Source: Nitrososphaeraceae archaeon (GTDB taxonomy: Archaea > Thermoproteota > Nitrososphaeria > Nitrososphaerales > Nitrososphaeraceae). From it: 64,000 nucleotides of DNA. The number at the start of each line of letters is the position of its first letter. Position 1 is the first letter of the stretch. The DNA lies in the NCBI GenBank assembly GCA_044870765.1, contig JBIOZG010000032.1, positions 13,598 through 77,597 of the forward strand. The letters run 5' to 3'. The notes under the pieces were generated by a model. It did not search any database and had not been told where the DNA came from. It worked only from the letters and a program-made list of their open reading frames with translations. This document shows positions 9,987 through 24,123 of this stretch, in pieces. The position numbers were made by a program, and so were the translations under genes.

Positions 9987-11315
9987 GTGAAAAAACATAG
10001 TCTGTTTCACGTTAGTCCTTTAATCTTGTTTTTAGTATTGGTGGGTCTGGTGTACCTTGATTCCTCTATTTATGATTTTATTGATTTATTTTCAATTCCA
10101 GCTCAGAACAAAAATTTCGACCTTATTTTTTTAACTTTAGTAATCATATTCATTTATTCATCTTTAGCATTGCTATATCGAGGCAACTCCGTTTTACATG
10201 GTAGTAAGCTATTTAGAATTAGCTCTAAGGCCATTTACAAAATAACCTATCTGTCCTATGGGGTAATATTCACATGCTTGTCATTGTTAGTTTATCAAAT
10301 AGTTTCACAAAGTGCGTACAATATTTATCTTGTATATCTAGCTTTAATAGCTTCGAGTCTTTTTGCTTTATTTTTTTCTATAAGCGGGACCATAAAATTC
10401 TTTCAATGGTTAAGAGTAAGTAGAGAAAAATTATCCTTTATCTATTTAATCTCGTTTGTAGCCTTTTCAATACTTATTTGTTTTTCGTTGGGATACAATA
10501 TTTTACAAATTTCTGGATCACCGGTGAATGTTACAACCACTAATTATCAGAAGGTTACCCAAACTATGTCAATTAATATACCTGAAGTTTATAAATTCTA
10601 TATCTTCAGTTATATTTTCTCATTTGTTGCGATATGGGTATCCACTATATTTTTGCTTCACGATTATCTTAGCAAGAATTTCTTAAGGTTTTTAGTCATC
10701 ATTATACTTCCACTAATATTATTTTTAATTAATTTGTTACCAATAACAATAACTATTATTGTTTACTTAATTTCAATTTATCCGATTCTTTTGCCATTAT
10801 ATGCGATAACATCAACTTTAACGTTTCTCATAGGTCCCATAATATTCAGTTTAACAATTTTCTTGATGATAAAATATACTGATAACCAGACCTTTAAGGA
10901 CAACTTACTGCCAATTGCATATGGATTATTCTTATTGTTTGCTTCAACTCAGACCAATATTTTTTCGCGAGTTCTTTATCCTCCATTCGGATTAATTTCA
11001 ATCCTATTTTCAGGATTGTCCCTATTTTTGGTTTTTACAGGATTTTATTCATCGTCATTGTATATAACCAAAAATTACTATTTTTCAAAGACTTTTGTCA
11101 ACCGATTCTATCAATCTGATTTTTTTCGGACTATCGCAAAGTCAGAATTGGAAATGAACGTTAAGAAAGTTTTTAAAAATATCCAAAGAAATGATTTATT
11201 TCAAGTAAGTGAAAAAGAAAAAATTGATGACTTCAATGAAGAACAAGTATCTAAGCTAATTGAATTCGTTAAGAAAGAGCTCAAAAACCGAAAAGCCAAT
11301 GATCACTCTTCGTGA
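9987..11315 (+). CDS. ~10-TM membrane protein with charged C-terminal tail
   Basis: 442 aa; about 10 hydrophobic segments followed by a ~80-aa charged helical tail. Confidence 0.85.
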   Translation: MKKHSLFHVSPLILFLVLVGLVYLDSSIYDFIDLFSIPAQNKNFDLIFLTLVIIFIYSSLALLYRGNSVLHGSKLFRISSKAIYKITYLSYGVIFTCLSLLVYQIVSQSAYNIYLVYLALIASSLFALFFSISGTIKFFQWLRVSREKLSFIYLISFVAFSILICFSLGYNILQISGSPVNVTTTNYQKVTQTMSINIPEVYKFYIFSYIFSFVAIWVSTIFLLHDYLSKNFLRFLVIIILPLILFLINLLPITITIIVYLISIYPILLPLYAITSTLTFLIGPIIFSLTIFLMIKYTDNQTFKDNLLPIAYGLFLLFASTQTNIFSRVLYPPFGLISILFSGLSLFLVFTGFYSSSLYITKNYYFSKTFVNRFYQSDFFRTIAKSELEMNVKKVFKNIQRNDLFQVSEKEKIDDFNEEQVSKLIEFVKKELKNRKANDHSS

Positions 11316-11485
11316 TATTAATGAACAAAATTTATTACATTTTGCTGAAGAAAAATTTTACTCTGTAATACTTCCGTCGAGCAAGGGTTGAACAGATTAA
11401 TTTAAAGTCTCTTAAATTTAGCAGCGGATCTAAGTATTGACTTAATAGTATTGCGTCTCTAGCATCAAATCCTAACATATTCCAC

Positions 11486-12424
11486 ATGCTCATCGCTATA
11501 CTTATTAACTTCAAATTTGTCCAAACTCCTAATTTGAACATAAATATTCTGAAGAAAGGTATGGGTTGGCTTCCTGACTATCCAAGTTTTAGAGACTATA
11601 CTCCACAAAGTACCAAGGTTGCAACCTTGTTTAAGAAAGTGAATTTAGATGAGACGCTAAAGACAAAAGTTCTAAAAGTTTCATTGCCTTCAAAGAAGGA
11701 TCTCCGAAAATGGTGTTCTCCAATAGAAGATCAAGAATCATTGGGATCATGTACTGCCAATGCTGCAGTTGGATTGGTCGAGTACTTTGAAAGGAGAGCG
11801 CATGGCAAGCACATAGATGCCTCTAGATTATTCCTCTATAAGGTATCCCGTAAAATGCTCAATTTTAAAGGTGATACTGGAGCCTTTTTGAGGACTGCTA
11901 TGGGTGCTTTGACATTGTTTGGTGTCCCCCCGGAGGAATATTGGCCTTATGAAATAAAGAATTATGAAAGGGAACCGCCGGCGTTCTGTTACTCCTTTGC
12001 TAAAAACTATCAGGCAATAAATTATGTTCGGCTTGATCCTTCCGGTGTAGAAAAGGATGTTCTCTTACACTCAATCAAGGATAATATTGATAAGGGCTTT
12101 CCATGCATGTTTGGGTTTACAGTGTACAATTCTATCCAACAAAGTAGTTCAGATGGCAAGATTCCTTACCCTTGTGAAGGAGAAAAAATAGATGGTGGCC
12201 ACGCAGTCATGGCAGTAGGTTATGATGATAAGATGCCAATTAAAAATGAAATGTGCGATAAAGTTACTAAAGGTGCGTTAATTATCCGAAATTCATGGGG
12301 TACAGAATGGGGAGATGGAGGTTATGGTTTCTTGCCCTACGATTATGTTCTTGCTGGTTTGGCTGAGGATTGGTGGACGCTTATCCAGCAAGGTTGGGTA
12401 GACACTGGTCAGTTCGGTGAATAA
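11486..12424 (+). CDS. C1A (papain-like) cysteine protease; true start may be 11534 or 11561
   Basis: GWLPDYP propeptide-like segment, QESLGSCTANA catalytic Cys, GGHAV His, IRNSWG Asn. Confidence 0.92.
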   Translation: MLIAILINFKFVQTPNLNINILKKGMGWLPDYPSFRDYTPQSTKVATLFKKVNLDETLKTKVLKVSLPSKKDLRKWCSPIEDQESLGSCTANAAVGLVEYFERRAHGKHIDASRLFLYKVSRKMLNFKGDTGAFLRTAMGALTLFGVPPEEYWPYEIKNYEREPPAFCYSFAKNYQAINYVRLDPSGVEKDVLLHSIKDNIDKGFPCMFGFTVYNSIQQSSSDGKIPYPCEGEKIDGGHAVMAVGYDDKMPIKNEMCDKVTKGALIIRNSWGTEWGDGGYGFLPYDYVLAGLAEDWWTLIQQGWVDTGQFGE

Positions 12425-12584
12425 ACTTTTATTTTTGTTGTTTGGAATGAAAATAAGAATTCAAGTCAATTGCCTTCCAGAGATAAGAGGCTAACCGTCT
12501 AGAATTAATTCTACATATCTTCTATTTAAATTTGTCAAAACTGATTTATTAAACTTTGACGCAGCGTTTTACTGATTAAAGGTA

Positions 12585-13556
12585 TTGGGAACAACAAAAC
12601 CTGATAATTTAACTCGACTGTATGATAGACTGGACAAGAGGATATCGCTTTTGTCCGGTTTTCAGCTCACTATTATAGTATTAATTGTTCTCCCGTCAGC
12701 ATTGATAATTTCTCATTATATTTTAGACGCAGTAGTATTACAGTATTTCAAAAGTATTTCTACTATTGAGACCGTTGAACAAAATTTAGAATATGCTAGG
12801 TTGTCTGTGAATCTCTTTTCTGCCTTCCAAATAATTGTCTTTGTAGTAATGGTTATAATTTATCCACCATATCCGGCACCGTTTTCAATTGAAAAATATT
12901 TCATAAAGAGGGGTTTTGAATCTGCAGTTTCAGAATTTGAACTAGTAAGAAAAATTCTGTACGTTGCAATCCCTTTGCTGATATTTTTTACAGTAATAGA
13001 ACTTTTAAAACCATTATTTGAACTATTTGTTCCTGAAGAAATAGTATCAATGTTAACGGAAAATATTTTATTTTACTCTGCAAGAGCATTTCTTTTTCTG
13101 ACGGTTCTGGCAGGATTGCTAAAAGCGGTCTTTGCGCTTTCAAGAAAAAGGTTTAGATTATATTTTGCCAAGGGATGCCTTTCAATTGCAAAGAATAGTA
13201 ATGATGAAGTAGAAAAGATGGAGTATCTGATAAAGGGATTAGATTCATACAATTCTTTTCTTAAGCGCCACATAAAACTTGAAATAAATGAAATAAAAAA
13301 AATCTACTCAAAAATTACGACACTTCCAGCAAAGGAAAAAATAGATACTGTTAGTAGAATAATTCAATCATTCGAATCAGGGGACACCCTCGAACCAGTG
13401 CGATATTTATCGACACTTCATGATAACAAAACAGAATTATTTCTTGCGGAAGAGCCATTAGAGAAAAAAATAAAATTGCAAGTCACATATGCCGCAGGAA
13501 TCATTCCTGTTATTTTGACAGTCATCCAAATTGTTATTAATTATAGAGGTCATTGA
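12585..13556 (+). CDS. Uncharacterised membrane protein
   Basis: Four N-terminal TM-like segments, a soluble helical region and a C-terminal TM segment. Confidence 0.7.
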   Translation: MGTTKPDNLTRLYDRLDKRISLLSGFQLTIIVLIVLPSALIISHYILDAVVLQYFKSISTIETVEQNLEYARLSVNLFSAFQIIVFVVMVIIYPPYPAPFSIEKYFIKRGFESAVSEFELVRKILYVAIPLLIFFTVIELLKPLFELFVPEEIVSMLTENILFYSARAFLFLTVLAGLLKAVFALSRKRFRLYFAKGCLSIAKNSNDEVEKMEYLIKGLDSYNSFLKRHIKLEINEIKKIYSKITTLPAKEKIDTVSRIIQSFESGDTLEPVRYLSTLHDNKTELFLAEEPLEKKIKLQVTYAAGIIPVILTVIQIVINYRGH

Positions 13557-13660
13557 TTCTCAAATTTATTATAAAAGTTGTAGATTCAAGTATCCCTGTA
13601 AACACCTACTGTAAGCAGAGTATGAAAACTATATTATCATCCCTTTCAATTTGATCTAGT

Positions 13661-13903
13661 ATGTGGAACATCAAGTTATCTATTATCTTGACACTCTCCA
13701 TATATATCGCCCTTCAACTTTCGATTCTGCATCATTCAATCTTGGCACAGATTAATGATACCACTGGAATAGTTACACCAAGTAACGATACGAGTACAGG
13801 AGCTTTGTCTAACGACAGTGGGATAATGCATAATACTACAGGCATAGTAGATGATGCATTTGACGCTCTAAAGGATTCTTTTGGATCATTTTTTGGAAAA
13901 TAG
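13661..13903 (+). CDS. Small secreted protein with N-glycosylation sequons
   Basis: Signal-like N-terminus ending ILAQ; sequons NDT, NDT, NDS, NTT. Confidence 0.6.
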   Translation: MWNIKLSIILTLSIYIALQLSILHHSILAQINDTTGIVTPSNDTSTGALSNDSGIMHNTTGIVDDAFDALKDSFGSFFGK

Positions 13904-14584
13904 CTAAGAATTTCGAATAATAATTGTAGTGGTTATCATCGAAGTATTTGGCGCAAGTATAATTTCTCCGTCATCAGTTCTCAATCGACTGTATAGTAAT
14001 CCAATATCGTAAATTATGCCAGTATATCCAAATACAGTAACTTTCTCTCCTATTCTAAAAGGTCGTGTAATGGCCAAATAGAGTCCCGCGATTAGGTTTC
14101 CGAGCACACTTTGGCTTGCAAAGCCTATTACAATTGCGGTAATTGTCCCTATTGATGTGGCAATTAAAGGATCCTGGCTCAAATAAGAAATTATGATGGA
14201 AATAACAATAATTGCACCAATTATCTTGATCAGAACTCGGATTGTCTCTGCACTGCTCTTCAACGCATCATATGAAAGCTTGTAAAATACATTTGCAAGT
14301 GAATTTATTACAAAATATCCAATAACTGCAACGACTCCTACCTTCAAGAATGGGACATAGCGGTGCTCGAGAAATTGTTCTATCAAACTGCTTGCAATTA
14401 TCACAACTGCTACGGCAACAAACATTATTGTTATCGATTTAAAAAGAGATCTTTGTTTTTTTTCAGAACTATTACCACTATTAATTGTCTTTGTATCATT
14501 ATTCGAACTACTGCTCGTACTATCCTTGACGTCATCAACACCATTATCCACGATATTGATTATACAGTACTGTCTATATTTCAA
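13904..14584 (-). CDS. mscS: Small-conductance mechanosensitive channel family protein
   Basis: IGFASQSVLGNLIAGLYL...RPFRIGEKV...APNTSM signature; start uncertain. Confidence 0.8.
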   Translation of the reverse strand: MKYRQYCIINIVDNGVDDVKDSTSSSSNNDTKTINSGNSSEKKQRSLFKSITIMFVAVAVVIIASSLIEQFLEHRYVPFLKVGVVAVIGYFVINSLANVFYKLSYDALKSSAETIRVLIKIIGAIIVISIIISYLSQDPLIATSIGTITAIVIGFASQSVLGNLIAGLYLAITRPFRIGEKVTVFGYTGIIYDIGLLYSRLRTDDGEIILAPNTSMITTTIIIRNS

Positions 14585-14775
14585 ATTTTCATTAGACTGA
14601 GACTGAGACTGGTAGACAATTCAGTTTAAAAAAATATTATTCATGATATAGGGGCAATCGAACTGCATAATTTGTTTGCAGATTTTGTTTGCTTCATGTA
14701 AAGTTTTCTTCATACACGCGAATTTGGATTTCTAAAGATTTAAAGAGATCGAGTCAGAATATACTCAAGATCTCT

Positions 14776-15108
14776 ATGGCAAAATGCGTAGATTGTGGCA
14801 CAGAGCTTTCGCAAGATGCTAGATATTGCTCTAATTGTGGAACCCAAGTAGGACTTGGGAAAGATGTTTACGATGTATCGGCAGGTAGTCTTATCGGAAA
14901 AGTCAAAGAGATAATCCAAGATGCAAGAGTAAAGCGGATAGTTATCAAGGATGAAAAAGGTAATCTCCTCTTATCCATACCTATTACGTGGGGTACAGCT
15001 GGAGCCGTCGCAATGATAACACTAGCACCATGGCTCGCTGCACTTGGCGTAATTGCAGGTATTGTAACAAGGTGCAAGATTGAAGTTGAGAAATCTAAAG
15101 AGAGCTAG
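14776..15108 (+). CDS. Zinc-ribbon + DUF4342-like protein
   Basis: From ATG 14776: MAKCVDCG...CSNCG, then KVKEII...KRIVIKDEKG...LSIP and a hydrophobic hairpin. Confidence 0.75.
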   Translation: MAKCVDCGTELSQDARYCSNCGTQVGLGKDVYDVSAGSLIGKVKEIIQDARVKRIVIKDEKGNLLLSIPITWGTAGAVAMITLAPWLAALGVIAGIVTRCKIEVEKSKES

Positions 15109-15281
15109 AACGGAGCTGCTTTCCAAATTATGAGATCTGAAGTTAAACTGAAAAGTAAAGAATGAATCAGTGTCTATTTTCTGCTGAATTATTTTATATA
15201 TCACTTATCTAGAACGTTACTCTAAAAGAGATGCTTGAAGGCATCAAATATATGTGCTAGTTAATAATTAGGTTATATCCG

Positions 15282-15599
15282 GTGAAATTCAATATGTATT
15301 ATGATAAGAGGATTGTATGGTCAGTACTGCTCTTTCTACTTCTAGTAGTATCCACACAAACGATTGTTATGCTGCCGACTGCGATGTATCAAACTGGAAC
15401 CAATGAATGTGTGCAGTACGAACAAAAGCAAAAGTTAACTCATATCTTCTGCAAATCCATTCACTTCACGGACATCTACAGGCAGATAAACAATAATAGC
15501 ATACTACATACGGAAAGTGATAGTGATGTAAACCAGAGTACTTCAAGTGGCAGAGGTAAATCTATGGCATCATTGTTAATTGATAGATACAATCAATGA
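15282..15599 (+). pseudogene. Probable truncated N-terminus of a secreted surface protein
   Basis: Signal-like segment, then CVQY...IFCKSIHFTDIYRQINNNSILHTE, recalled as similar to N-termini of longer Nitrososphaeraceae beta-helix proteins; ends abruptly. Confidence 0.35.
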
Positions 15600-15789
15600 T
15601 TGCTTTACCCAGTTCTTACTCTAATCTAGCCTGGCATTGGCTAAAGAGGGTTCATATGCTGTGATTTTTCATTAATAGTCAACAATCTACAATTATATCG
15701 AGAAATTCATGTATACTTGGATTAGAACCCTGAATGTCTGAGAATGTATTTATTACGGAGATTAGATTTGGAATTAAGAATCTCCAATT

Positions 15790-16041
15790 TTGTCTTCTGA
15801 GAAAAAGGATATTAAAATTACGAATCATGTATATCAGCCTAAACACGAAATTTTGTCAAAGAAAGAAGCCGAAGAAGTGTTAAAAAAGTATAATACAAAA
15901 CCTAGCCAGCTCCCATACATATTAATTAACGACAAGGGATTAGAGGATCTAGATGTGAGACCCGGAGATATTATTAAAATAACTAGAACGTCATTTACCG
16001 CCGGCGAAAGTGTTTATTATAGATACGTAGTAGAGGATTGA
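15790..16041 (+). CDS. rpoH: DNA-directed RNA polymerase subunit H (Rpo5)
   Basis: HVYQPKHEIL, QLPYI, PGDIIKITR, YYRYVV. Confidence 0.97.
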   Translation: MSSEKKDIKITNHVYQPKHEILSKKEAEEVLKKYNTKPSQLPYILINDKGLEDLDVRPGDIIKITRTSFTAGESVYYRYVVED

Positions 16042-16044
16042 GCC

Positions 16045-19000
16045 TTGTCGCAAAATACACTTGATATGTGGGCAATTATCCACAATATTTTACAAAAGGA
16101 AGGCGTCGCAAGACAACATCTGAATTCCTATGGCGAATTTATTGAACGCGGTTTACAAAGTATTATCGATGAAGTCGGTGAAATAGAAATTGAGACGGCT
16201 GAATATCCGTACAAGATTAGACTGGGCAAGATAAAGTTACAACAACCAAGAATCATGGAATTGGATGGATCGGTGACACACGTTGCTCCCGTCGAAGCTA
16301 GACTGCGCAATTTAACTTATGGATCCCCCATTATGCTTGAATGCAGCATTGTAGAAGATGAAAAAATCTTAGAGTCAAGATTTATCCATATTGGAGATAT
16401 TCCAGTTATGGTAAAGTCAAACGCCTGTATTCTACACAATCTGCCTGATACCAAGCTTATTGAGCTTGGCGAAGATCCAAAAGATCCTGGCGGCTACTTT
16501 GTGATTAATGGTTCGGAACGAGTTATCATTGGCCTGGAAGACTTGTCTTACAACAAGATAATCGTCGATACGGAGGAAGCGACCGGTAGTCTTGTTTACA
16601 AGGCCAAGGTTTATTCTTCAATAGTTGGATACCGTGCAAAATTAGAATTAATTATGAGACCCGATGGTTCTATTGTTGCTAAAATACCTGGATCACCTGT
16701 TGATATTCCACTTATTACATTAATTCGGGCTCTGGGACTTGAATCAGACAAAGATATCGCTGATGGTGTATCGCTGAATTCAATCATACAGGATGAATTA
16801 GAACCATCATTTGAAAAAGCAGGAGAAATTATAACAAGTAGAGATGCTATAGTATACATTAGCAAAAGAATTGCTCCCGGAATGCTGGAAGAATTTCAGA
16901 TAAAACGAGCAGAAACATTACTTGATTGGGGATTGCTACCACACCTTGGAAAGAATCCTGAAAATAGGAACGAAAAGGCTCTCTTTTTGGGAGAAGCAAC
17001 ATGCAAACTAGTTGAGCTTCGGCTTGGCCTTGTTGCGTCTGATGATAAAGACCATTATGGAAATAAAGTCATAAAATTCGCAGGTCAAATGTTGGCAGAT
17101 CTTTTCCGAACAGCATTTAGAAATCTTGTGAGAGATATGAAATATCAACTGGAAAGATCCGGTCAAAAGAGAGGAATAAATGCAGTTGCAGCAGCAGTAA
17201 GACCCGGAATAATATCAGACAAGCTAAATAATGCCATTGCTACCGGAAATTGGGGAAGGGGCAGAGTTGGTGTTACCCAGCTATTAGACAGAACAAATTA
17301 CATTTCAACTATTAGTCATCTTCGCAGAATCCAATCACCTTTGAGCAGGAGTCAACCCAATTTTGAAGCCAGAGACCTTCACTCTACTCACTTTGGTAGG
17401 ATATGTCCAGCAGAAACACCTGAAGGATCAAATTGTGGACTTGTAAAAAACATCGCGTTATCTTCTATAATATCAGTAAGTGTATCTGTTTCAGAGATAA
17501 TTGAAAAACTATATGAATTGGGAGCCCATCCGGTTGAAGAGGCTTCTGACGCTTTAAGAAAAAGTGGAACCAGAATATTTGTTGACGGGCGCCTGATTGG
17601 TTACTATGACAATGGCCAACACCTTACAGATACACTGAGAAGTCTAAGGAGGTCTGGAAAAATACATGCACACGTTGGAATTTACTATTATTCAAACGAT
17701 AACGAAAATGCAACCAAACGCCTCTATGTAAGCTGCAATTCTGGCAGAATACTCAGGCCGCTTGCAATAGTAAAAGAAGGCACGCCAGTCATAACACTAG
17801 ATGTTCTTGACCTAATAAAGAGGAATATGAAATCGTGGTCAGACCTGTTATGGATGGGCATGATAGAACTATTAGATGCAAATGAAGAGGAAAATTGCTA
17901 CGTTGCAATGGACTATGCAAGTCTAGAGCAAAATCATACTCATCTTGAGATATATCCTCCCTCAATACTTGGTGTTGGAGCATCAATAATTCCATATCCA
18001 GAGCACAATCAATCTCCTAGAAATACTTATGAAAGTGCAATGGCAAAACAGAGTCTGGGATTTTCAACTCCCTTGATGAATGCAAGTACGTATGTGAGAC
18101 AACACTTTATGTTATATCCGCAAATACCCGTAGTCACAACTAAAGCAATAAACCTGCTCGGACTAGAAGACCGTCCAACGGGACAAAATTGTATAGTCGC
18201 AGTATTACCATTTGAAGGATATAACATCGAAGACGCAGTAGTCTTCAACAAGTCATCCGTTGACAGGGGTCTTGGCAGAACTTTCTTTTACAGAGTATAT
18301 GAGGCAGAAGCAAAACAATATCCTGGAGGGATGAAAGACAAGTTTGAAATTCCCTCATCTGATGCAAATATCAGGGGATACCGAGGTGAAAAATCTTATC
18401 GATTACTTGAAGATGACGGTGCTATTATGCATGAATCAATAGTAAATGGAGGAGACATACTCATCGGCCGTACTTCTCCACCAAGGTTCATGGAAGAGTA
18501 CAAAGAGTTTGAGGTAAAAGGTCCCTACAGAAGGGACACTTCAATTGGAGTCAGACCTTCTGAGAACGGAGTTGTAGATTCAGTTGTAATGACTCAATCA
18601 GTAGATGGAGGAAAAATGTACAAGATTAGAGTTAGGGACATGCGAATACCCGAAATAGGAGACAAATTTGCTTCAAGACACGGACAAAAAGGAGTTATAG
18701 GTATGCTGGTTCCACAGGAAGATCTTCCATACACAGAAGATGGTGTAGTCCCAGACGTTATGATTAACCCACACGCTTTTCCATCAAGAATGACTGTAGG
18801 TCAGTTCATGGAATCACTGGCAGGTAAATCTTCTGCCCTACGTGGAAAAGTAGTCGATGGTTCGGCATTTGTCGGAGAAAAGGTCAATGATCTAAAAGAA
18901 ATATTGGAAAAATATGGCTTCAAATCAACCGGAAAGGAAGTCATGTATGACGGACGTACTGGCAGGAAATTTAATGCAGAAGTTTACGTCGGTGTAGTAT

Positions 19001-19395
19001 ACTACCAAAAACTTCACCACATGGTTGCCGACAAGATTCACAGTAGAGCTAGGGGACAGGTTCAAATGCTTACAAAGCAACCAACGGAGGGTCGTGCCAG
19101 AGGTGGTGGTCTTAGATTTGGTGAAATGGAACGTGACTGTTTGATAGCCTATGGTGCTTCTATGATGCTAAAAGACAGACTATTAGAAGAATCTGATAAA
19201 GCAGAAGTCAACATTTGCGAGCGCTGCGGTTTGCTTGCGTATTATGATATCAAACAAAGGAGGTATGTGTGCCGGGTCTGCGGAGATAGAGCTAAAATTT
19301 CATCAGTGGCAATTGCCTACGCATTTAAACTGTTGTTGCAGGAAATGATTAGCCTTAACGTAGCTCCAAGACTGATTCCAAAGGAGAAGGTGTAA
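16045..19395 (+). CDS. rpoB: DNA-directed RNA polymerase subunit B (Rpo2)
   Basis: GDKFASRHGQKG, YYQKLHHMV, GGLRFGEMERDC and C-terminal zinc motif. Confidence 0.99.
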   Translation: MSQNTLDMWAIIHNILQKEGVARQHLNSYGEFIERGLQSIIDEVGEIEIETAEYPYKIRLGKIKLQQPRIMELDGSVTHVAPVEARLRNLTYGSPIMLECSIVEDEKILESRFIHIGDIPVMVKSNACILHNLPDTKLIELGEDPKDPGGYFVINGSERVIIGLEDLSYNKIIVDTEEATGSLVYKAKVYSSIVGYRAKLELIMRPDGSIVAKIPGSPVDIPLITLIRALGLESDKDIADGVSLNSIIQDELEPSFEKAGEIITSRDAIVYISKRIAPGMLEEFQIKRAETLLDWGLLPHLGKNPENRNEKALFLGEATCKLVELRLGLVASDDKDHYGNKVIKFAGQMLADLFRTAFRNLVRDMKYQLERSGQKRGINAVAAAVRPGIISDKLNNAIATGNWGRGRVGVTQLLDRTNYISTISHLRRIQSPLSRSQPNFEARDLHSTHFGRICPAETPEGSNCGLVKNIALSSIISVSVSVSEIIEKLYELGAHPVEEASDALRKSGTRIFVDGRLIGYYDNGQHLTDTLRSLRRSGKIHAHVGIYYYSNDNENATKRLYVSCNSGRILRPLAIVKEGTPVITLDVLDLIKRNMKSWSDLLWMGMIELLDANEEENCYVAMDYASLEQNHTHLEIYPPSILGVGASIIPYPEHNQSPRNTYESAMAKQSLGFSTPLMNASTYVRQHFMLYPQIPVVTTKAINLLGLEDRPTGQNCIVAVLPFEGYNIEDAVVFNKSSVDRGLGRTFFYRVYEAEAKQYPGGMKDKFEIPSSDANIRGYRGEKSYRLLEDDGAIMHESIVNGGDILIGRTSPPRFMEEYKEFEVKGPYRRDTSIGVRPSENGVVDSVVMTQSVDGGKMYKIRVRDMRIPEIGDKFASRHGQKGVIGMLVPQEDLPYTEDGVVPDVMINPHAFPSRMTVGQFMESLAGKSSALRGKVVDGSAFVGEKVNDLKEILEKYGFKSTGKEVMYDGRTGRKFNAEVYVGVVYYQKLHHMVADKIHSRARGQVQMLTKQPTEGRARGGGLRFGEMERDCLIAYGASMMLKDRLLEESDKAEVNICERCGLLAYYDIKQRRYVCRVCGDRAKISSVAIAYAFKLLLQEMISLNVAPRLIPKEKV

Positions 19396-19400
19396 TAGTT

Positions 19401-23225
<3,825 letters not shown>

Positions 23226-23648
23226 AGAAGCAATCACTTCTAATAAATGTAAAATAGGAACCAGACAAGTTATGGGTTCAATCAAGGGTTCAAAACTTAT
23301 AGTTCTTTCAAACTCATTGATGCCAAAAAATAAGTCAAAAATCTTGGAAGAAGCAAAATCCGCGCAGGTACCAACGTTACACTTTGATGGTAATTCAGTC
23401 CAATTGGGCAGATTATGTAACAAGCCATTTAGAATTAGTGCGGTCTCTCTCAAAATCGGCAAAGAAAATGAAATTCAAGAGATATTAAACGAATTTGGAA
23501 AAAAGTAAGTGATATAAGTGAATGCGTATTATTATGTGAAAAAATTTTTGGGATTTTTTCGATTTAAATAATAATAATGACTATAAAATGCCTAATCAAT
23601 TTTTAAAACTAGTGAAAAAAAATTTGATATTAGAGGTTCAGATGTAGA

Positions 23649-24110
23649 TTGACAGAAAAAATCAAATTAACATCAGGCGAGCTGCGATTGATGTCTTTAT
23701 TTCAAAATATAACAGGAGCAATAGCACGTGATTGTATTGTGGATGAGAAAATGGACCGGGTAATCTTTGTTGTAAATAAAGGACAGATGGGTTTGGCAAT
23801 TGGAAAAGGAGGCGCTACAATAAGACAACTTCAAGGTATTGTAACAAAGAAAGTTGAATTAGTCGAATATTCTGAAGATCCTTCGGCGTTTTTGGGCAAT
23901 GTCCTCAATTCAGATATGATAAATGAGATAAAGATTAATAATAGATTCGATGGTTCAAGACAAGCAGTTGTGGTAGTGGATTCAAAAAAGAAAGGCATAG
24001 TAGTGGGAAAAGAGGGACGTAATGCGGAGAAGGCAAGAATTTTGGCAAAAAGATACTTTCAGATATCAAACGTCATGATAGTGAGTGAAGATCATGCCCA
24101 GAATAATTGA
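23649..24110 (+). CDS. nusA: Archaeal NusA (KH-domain transcription factor)
   Basis: MGLAIGKGG and GIVVGKEGRN KH motifs; canonical position. Confidence 0.95.
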   Translation: MTEKIKLTSGELRLMSLFQNITGAIARDCIVDEKMDRVIFVVNKGQMGLAIGKGGATIRQLQGIVTKKVELVEYSEDPSAFLGNVLNSDMINEIKINNRFDGSRQAVVVVDSKKKGIVVGKEGRNAEKARILAKRYFQISNVMIVSEDHAQNN

Positions 24111-24123
24111 GGTTATATTTTAA

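Noticed and set aside
14594-14611. AGACTG x3 microsatellite upstream of mscS
   Set aside because: Three units only; no evidence of phase variation.
15790-16047. Frequent TTG/GTG starts without Shine-Dalgarno motifs (rpoH, rpoB, nusA, ilvN, leuB)
   Set aside because: Common in this lineage; not locus-specific.
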